DNA from: Candidatus Methylomirabilia bacterium
GTDB taxonomy: Bacteria > Methylomirabilota > Methylomirabilia > Rokubacteriales > CSP1-6
DNA: 38,185 nucleotides
Assembly (NCBI GenBank): GCA_041497895.1
Contig: JBGQHJ010000029.1
Location: 1 to 38,185, forward strand
Direction: 5' to 3'
In this document: in pieces, positions 33,151-38,185 of the stretch
Layout: every line of letters begins with the position of its first letter
Position numbering within the stretch: the stretch's first letter is position 1
The notes under the pieces: model-generated
What the model saw: only the letters and a program-made list of their open reading frames with translations
Databases searched by the model: none
What the model was told of the DNA's origin: nothing
Translations under genes and position numbers: made by a program

Positions 33151-34206
33151 ATGGGCGAGATTCTCGGGCTGGGCATGACGCACTACCCGCCGCTGACCGG
33201 TCTGGACCAGAACATGGCCGGCATCCTCCGCCGGGTCCTCCAGGATCCCGGCCTGCCCGAGCGCTACCGCGATCCCGCGAGCTGGCCGGCCCCGATGCGC
33301 GCCGAGTACGGCGGGGACGGCGGCGCCGCGAGCGCGGCCGGGCACCGCGACACGCTGCTCCACCACTTCCGGGAGGCCCGGCGGATCCTCGACGACTTCC
33401 GGCCGGAGGTGGTGATCATCTGGGGTGACGACCAGCACGAGAACTTCACCGAGGACGTGATCCCGCCCTTCTGCGTGCTGGCCTACGACCGGGTGGAGGC
33501 GCGGCCGTGGCAGCGGGCGGGCAGCGGGCCCAACGTCTGGGGCGAGCCGTCGGAGACGTGCTTCCAGATCACCGGCCACCGGGAGGCCGGCAAGCACCTC
33601 GCGGCCGGCCTGCTCGAGCAGGGCGTCGACATGGCCTACGCCTACAAGCCCCTCCACTACCCGGGCCTCGCCCACGCCTTCCTCAACACGATCATGTTCC
33701 TCGACTACGACCGGGTGGGCTTCCCGTATCCGGTCATCGCGTTCCAGGTCAACTGCTACGGTCGCCGGGTGATCGCCCAGCGCGGTGGGCGCGGGAGCCT
33801 CGCCCACCCCCTCGCGGACGGAGACCTCGACCCGCCGTCGCCCTCGCCGAAGCGCTGCATGGAGGTGGGCGCGGCGACCGCGCGGGTCATGCGCGACAGC
33901 CCCTGGCGCACCGCCCTGATCGCCTCGTCGAGCTGGTCGCACGCGTTCCTCACCGACAAGAACCACCAGCTCTATCCCGACATCGAGGCGGACCGGCGGC
34001 TCTACGAGGCGCTGCGCATCGGCGACTACGAGGCCTGGCGAAAGACGCCGCTCGACGCCATCGAGACGTCGGGCCAGCAGGAGATGCTGAACTGGTACAT
34101 GCTCGCCGGGGCCATGGAGGCGCTCGGGCGCAAGCCCGACACCTGCCATTTCATCGAGACCTGGTCGTTCAACTCCAACAAGTGCTTCGCGACCTTCATG
34201 CCCTGA
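33151..34206 (+). CDS. Class III extradiol ring-cleavage dioxygenase (LigB/MhpB-like)
   Basis: GLGMTHYP, PEVVIIWGDDQHENF, LAHAF, ASSSWSH, GQQEMLNW. SD GAGGAG. Confidence 0.82.
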   Translation: MGEILGLGMTHYPPLTGLDQNMAGILRRVLQDPGLPERYRDPASWPAPMRAEYGGDGGAASAAGHRDTLLHHFREARRILDDFRPEVVIIWGDDQHENFTEDVIPPFCVLAYDRVEARPWQRAGSGPNVWGEPSETCFQITGHREAGKHLAAGLLEQGVDMAYAYKPLHYPGLAHAFLNTIMFLDYDRVGFPYPVIAFQVNCYGRRVIAQRGGRGSLAHPLADGDLDPPSPSPKRCMEVGAATARVMRDSPWRTALIASSSWSHAFLTDKNHQLYPDIEADRRLYEALRIGDYEAWRKTPLDAIETSGQQEMLNWYMLAGAMEALGRKPDTCHFIETWSFNSNKCFATFMP

Positions 34207-34216
34207 GGAGACCGGC

Positions 34217-35509
34217 GTGCCCACACCTACTCCCCAACCGACCCCGCGCCTGCACGTGGCCGACGCGCGCCCGGGCGGCGGCGTGCCGAAGCTCAGCGGC
34301 GACATCCGCCACCTGATCCCGAAGCTCGGCCTCCGCGACTACTGGTACCCGGCGGTCGAGGCGCGCAAGGTCGGGCGGCGGAAGCCGGTGAAGGTCTCGC
34401 TCCTCGGCGAGGAGCTGTGCCTGTTCCGCGGCGCGGCCGGCGACGTGGCGGCGATCCAGGACGTCTGCCCGCATCGCGGCGCGCGGCTCAGCGAAGGGGA
34501 CTGCCACTACCAGGGCACGGTCGCGTGCCCGTACCACGGCTGGGTCTACGACGAGTCGGGCAAGAACGTGATGGTGCTGTCGGAGGGCCCGAATTCCGGC
34601 GTGTGCGGCAAGGCCGGCACCGAGGCCAAGGCGTACCCGACCCGCACCATCAAGGGCCTGGTCTTCGTCTGGATCGGCGAGGGCCCGCCCGCGTCGATCG
34701 AGGAGGACGTGCCGGAGGAGTTCTTCGACGAGGAGACCCTCATCCTCATCGGCCAGGTCGACTGGCGGTGCAACTGGGAGGTCGCGCTCGAGAACTCGAT
34801 GGACTCGCACGTCAACTACGTGCACCGCAACGCGGTGGTTGTCGCGCGCAGCGGGTTCATCGCGCGAGGCGCCCAGGGCGAGCACCCGATCTTCGTGGGC
34901 AACGGCTTCGGCGGCGACGTGGCCGAGAGCAACTACATGCGCCAGAACCCGCGCCAGGACGTCTACCCCGACGGCCGCGCGTGGCCGAAGACGACGTACC
35001 GGCGGTTCTGGACCTGGCTCACGCGGCCGCTCGCCGAGCGGGCGCGGCGCCACATTCCCCCGCCCCGGTCCGCGAGGTGGTGCGGCGGCCACCACCTGCC
35101 CGGCATGTTCCGCGCCGAGTTCGGCTGGGACCTCTACACCCGCATGTGCGTGCCGGTGGAGGAGCACCTGACCCGGGTGTGGTACTACCACTGTCTCCGG
35201 CCCAAGACCGCGCTCGGGCGGCTCGGGGAGCGTCTGGCGTACGCCGCGATCCACCGGTGGATCATCGAGTACAACTTCTCGCGCCAGGACGAGCGCGTGA
35301 TGATCAACCAGCGCTACGACACCCCCGAGAAGCTCTCGTCGACCGACGCCGAGGTGATCCAGTGGCGACGGCTGGTGGTGACCAAGCACTTCGGCGGCCG
35401 CGACGCCCCGTTCGAGTACCGGAATCCCGACGATCTCTCGCCGGACGCGGTCCCGCTCGACCGGGTCTCGGTGCGGTACCTGCAGGAGCGGCGGAGGGCC
35501 GGCCGGTGA
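34217..35509 (+). CDS. Rieske non-heme iron aromatic ring-hydroxylating oxygenase, alpha subunit
   Basis: YWYP, CPHRG...CPYHGW Rieske motif, ENSMDSHVNYVH mononuclear Fe site, FSRQD. Confidence 0.9.
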   Translation: MPTPTPQPTPRLHVADARPGGGVPKLSGDIRHLIPKLGLRDYWYPAVEARKVGRRKPVKVSLLGEELCLFRGAAGDVAAIQDVCPHRGARLSEGDCHYQGTVACPYHGWVYDESGKNVMVLSEGPNSGVCGKAGTEAKAYPTRTIKGLVFVWIGEGPPASIEEDVPEEFFDEETLILIGQVDWRCNWEVALENSMDSHVNYVHRNAVVVARSGFIARGAQGEHPIFVGNGFGGDVAESNYMRQNPRQDVYPDGRAWPKTTYRRFWTWLTRPLAERARRHIPPPRSARWCGGHHLPGMFRAEFGWDLYTRMCVPVEEHLTRVWYYHCLRPKTALGRLGERLAYAAIHRWIIEYNFSRQDERVMINQRYDTPEKLSSTDAEVIQWRRLVVTKHFGGRDAPFEYRNPDDLSPDAVPLDRVSVRYLQERRRAGR

Positions 35510-36612
35510 CCATCAGCCGCCGGCGGCTGCTCCGGACGCTCGTGGCCGGCGGCGCGGCGGCGGCCTTCGGGCGGGCCCGGCCGGCCCGGGCGGCGGCCAC
35601 GCCCCAGGAGTGGCAGCAGGTCGTGGCCGCGGCGAAGAAAGAGGGCAAGGTCGTGGTCAACACCTTCCCCGGCGACGGTTACAAGCGGGCGTTGAAGGCC
35701 TTCAGCCAGGCCTACCCCGACATCCGGCTCGAGCACACCGGGCTCCATTCTCAAGACTTCGCGCCGCGCGTGCTGCAGGAGCGCCAGGCGGGCCTCTTCA
35801 CCTGGGACGTCACGACCATCCCGACGAGCACCGCGCTGCAGGTGCTGCGGCCGGCGGGAGCGTGGGACCCGGTGCGGCCGGCCATCGTGCTGCCCGAGGT
35901 GCTGGACGACGCGGGCTGGGAGGGCGGCTTCGAGCGCGGCTTCGCGGCGGTGAAGGACCACGCGCTCGCCTACTGCTTCTGCGCGGTCCGGGGCGCGGGC
36001 ATCACGATCAACACGGATCTGGTGAAGGACGACCAGGTCCGGAGCCTCACCGACCTGCTGAACCCCCGCTGGAAGGGCAAGCTGCTCCTGCCCGACGTGC
36101 GCACGATGGGCGACTCGTTCTGGTCGATGACGAGCGCCCGCCTGAACCTGGGGGACGACATCATCAAAAAGCTGTTCGTCGACCAGGAGCCGGCGCTCAG
36201 CCGGGACACGCGGCAGATCGCCGAGTTCATGGTGCGCGGCCGCTACCCGATCGCGCTCGGGGTCAATCCCCTGCTCCTCAGCCAGTTCCAGAAGCAAGGG
36301 CTCGGCAAGAACCTCAAGACCCTGCACTTCCCGGAGATGGACACCTCCAACTCCAGCAGCAGCGTGGTCTGGCTCCTCAACCGGGCCCCGCACCCCGGCG
36401 CGGCCAAGGTCTTCATCAACTGGCTCCTCACCAAGGACGCGCAGGTGGTGTGGGCCCGCGAGGTCGAGACCAACAGCCGGCGCGTCGGCATCGAGCCCGG
36501 GAATCCCCAGATCGTGGTGCCCCGCGCCTCCAAGCTCCTGCAGGTGGACGCCGAGGAGAACCTGGCCGAGGTGGTCAAGACCCAGGAGCTCGCCAAGGCG
36601 GTCATCAAGTAA
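35506..36612 (+). CDS. ABC transporter substrate-binding protein (Fe3+/polyamine-like clade), Tat signal
   Basis: GTG at 35506 overlaps TGA. SRRRLL leader, AAKKEGKVVV, DLLNPRWKGK, APHPGAAKVFINWLLT. Confidence 0.88.
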   Translation: MTISRRRLLRTLVAGGAAAAFGRARPARAAATPQEWQQVVAAAKKEGKVVVNTFPGDGYKRALKAFSQAYPDIRLEHTGLHSQDFAPRVLQERQAGLFTWDVTTIPTSTALQVLRPAGAWDPVRPAIVLPEVLDDAGWEGGFERGFAAVKDHALAYCFCAVRGAGITINTDLVKDDQVRSLTDLLNPRWKGKLLLPDVRTMGDSFWSMTSARLNLGDDIIKKLFVDQEPALSRDTRQIAEFMVRGRYPIALGVNPLLLSQFQKQGLGKNLKTLHFPEMDTSNSSSSVVWLLNRAPHPGAAKVFINWLLTKDAQVVWAREVETNSRRVGIEPGNPQIVVPRASKLLQVDAEENLAEVVKTQELAKAVIK

Positions 36613-36638
36613 CGAGCCCGGCAACGGATCATCCGAAC

Positions 36639-37778
36639 GTGGGCGCCCCGCCCGGCGTCGGCGAGACGGTCCTCGCGCTCGACCGCGTCAGCAAGCGGTA
36701 CCGAGAGGCGGCGGCGGTGGAGTCCGTCTCGCTGTCGATCCGCCGCGGCGAGGTCTTCACCCTGCTCGGCCCCAGCGGCTGCGGCAAGACCACCACCCTG
36801 CGCCTGGTGGCCGGTCTCGAGCGCCCGGATGCGGGCGAGATCACGCTGCGCGACCGGCTGGTGGCCTCCGCGCCGCGCCGGCTCTTCGTGCCGCCGAACC
36901 GGCGCAACCTGGGCATGGTGTTCCAGTCCTACGCGGTCTGGCCGCACATGACCGTGTTCGAGAACGTGGCCTACCCGCTCACGCTGCGCGGCCTCGCGAA
37001 GGCGGTGGTGCGTGACCGGGTGGCGCGCGTGCTCGACCTGGTGGGCCTGGGCGGGATGGAGGCGCGCCCCGGCACCCTCCTGAGCGGCGGCCAGATGCAG
37101 CGCCTGGCCCTCTGCCGCGCCCTCGTCTACGAGCCGGATCTGCTCCTGCTCGACGAGCCCTTCAGCAACCTGGACGCGAAGCTGCGCGAGCAGATGCGGG
37201 TGGAGGTGAAGCTCCTCCAGCGTCGGCTCGGCATCACGGTGCTGTTCGTCACCCACGATCAGGTCGAGGCCCTGAGCCTCTCCGATCGCATCGCGGTGAT
37301 GCAGCGCGGGCGCGTGGAGCAGGTCGGCGCGCCGCGGGCCCTCTACGAGCGGCCGACGTCCGCCTTCGTGCGCGACTTCCTCGGCCAGACGGTGGTGCTG
37401 GCCGGCCGCGTCACCGAGTCCGCCTCGTCCCGGGTGGGCGAGAGCGTCACGGTGGCGATGAACGGCCCGCTCTCCGGATGCACGCTCGCGGGCCGGAGCG
37501 CCGCGGCGGCCCCGCTCGCGCCGGGCGCGGCGGCGACGATCACCATCCGCCCGGAGGACATCCGGGTGGCCCCCGCCGACGCCGGAGGCGGCGACGCCCC
37601 GCATCTCCTCGGCACCATCGACGCGCTCTCCTTCGTCGGCGATCGCTACGAGGCCCGGGTCGCGCTGGGGGGCGAGCACTGCATCGTCCTCCGGCTGGCC
37701 CGGACGCGCGAGTGGCGGGAGGGAGAGCGGGTGCGGCTGGAGTTCCCGCCCGAGATGGTGAGCGTGTGGCCGGCCTGA
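36639..37778 (+). CDS. ABC transporter ATP-binding protein (PotA/FbpC-like); start uncertain
   Basis: GPSGCGKTT, MVFQSYAVWPHM, LSGGQMQR, LLLDEPFSNLD, FVTHDQ. Confidence 0.92.
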   Translation: MGAPPGVGETVLALDRVSKRYREAAAVESVSLSIRRGEVFTLLGPSGCGKTTTLRLVAGLERPDAGEITLRDRLVASAPRRLFVPPNRRNLGMVFQSYAVWPHMTVFENVAYPLTLRGLAKAVVRDRVARVLDLVGLGGMEARPGTLLSGGQMQRLALCRALVYEPDLLLLDEPFSNLDAKLREQMRVEVKLLQRRLGITVLFVTHDQVEALSLSDRIAVMQRGRVEQVGAPRALYERPTSAFVRDFLGQTVVLAGRVTESASSRVGESVTVAMNGPLSGCTLAGRSAAAAPLAPGAAATITIRPEDIRVAPADAGGGDAPHLLGTIDALSFVGDRYEARVALGGEHCIVLRLARTREWREGERVRLEFPPEMVSVWPA

Positions 37779-38185
37779 CCTCGACCCTCGCGGTCGTCCG
37801 GCCGCGACGGATCGAGCTGTCCGCGGTGCTGTGCACGCTCGTGCTCGCCGCGGTGGCTCTCTGCGTGGTGTTCCCGCTGGCGCTGGTCGCGGTGCAGAGC
37901 CTCCAGGTCGCGCCGCCGGGCCAGCCGGCGCGCTACGGCCTCGACGGCTGGCGGGCGGCCCTCGGCGAGCCCGGCCTCCGCACCGCGCTCGTCAACACGC
38001 TGACCGTCACGCTCGCGCGGCAGCTCATCTCGCTGCCCCTCGCGGTGCTCGTGGCCTGGCTCCTCGCGCGCACCGATCTGCCCGGCCGGGGCTGGGTCGA
38101 GTTCGCGTTCTGGGCCGCGTTCTTCCTGCCCCCGTTCACGGTGACCCTCAGCTGGATCCTGCTGCTCGATCCCGAGTACGGCCTC
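37766..38185 (+). CDS. ABC transporter permease (FbpB-like), runs off the window end
   Basis: Not in the ORF track. GTG at 37766 opens MAGLTSTLAV...VVFPLALV...ALVNTL...AWLLARTDLPGR...FLPPF...SWILLLDPEYGL to the last base. Confidence 0.85.
   Translation, partial: MAGLTSTLAVVRPRRIELSAVLCTLVLAAVALCVVFPLALVAVQSLQVAPPGQPARYGLDGWRAALGEPGLRTALVNTLTVTLARQLISLPLAVLVAWLLARTDLPGRGWVEFAFWAAFFLPPFTVTLSWILLLDPEYGL

Noticed and set aside
34417..37778. 731-aa and 722-aa ORFs suggesting fused transporter parts
   Set aside because: Both are alternative-frame run-ins. The SBP starts at 35506 and the ATPase near 36639.
1..38185. Genome-wide TGA reassignment (genetic code 4 or 25)
   Set aside because: TGA is the normal stop of many genes here, often in ATGA/GTGA/TGATG overlaps, so readthrough must be site-specific.
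1..38185. CRISPR arrays, tRNA (including selC), rRNA, transposases, integrases, defence genes
   Set aside because: No regularly spaced repeats, cloverleaf or relevant protein motifs were seen by eye, and intergenic gaps are short. A tRNAscan/Infernal run would be needed to exclude small RNAs formally.

Overview
Very GC-rich, gene-dense bacterial window (about 35 CDS) of mostly catabolic, redox and ABC-transport genes. The gene mix resembles Candidatus Rokubacteria/Methylomirabilota-type soil bacteria, but that is an impression only. The main result, which the ORF track misses, is two probable selenoproteins split at in-frame TGA codons: (1) a DsbA/FrnE-family protein (1573..2205, motif DYV-U-PWC) and (2) a D-proline reductase PrdB-like (GrdB family) protein (16159..15218, minus, motif VPS-U-PVCH). 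Each TGA is followed, after 11 nt, by a hairpin with an ACCGUG top that fits a bacterial SECIS. The PrdB-like gene has no prdA/grd partners nearby. It overlaps a CCG-type Fe-S gene and a class III CoA-transferase, followed by an epoxide hydrolase, an NMO-like flavoprotein and ggt, which may be an undescribed selenium-dependent reductive module. Other observations: a 126-bp nested inverted-repeat element, an amidase with an AtzG/GatC-like tail, a probable CTG start, several leaderless-type promoters, a sigma54 promoter, and a Rieske oxygenase/extradiol dioxygenase/ABC operon with a LacI-like operator. No rRNA, tRNA, CRISPR array or transposase was recognised. All family calls come from motif recognition by eye, not from database searches.
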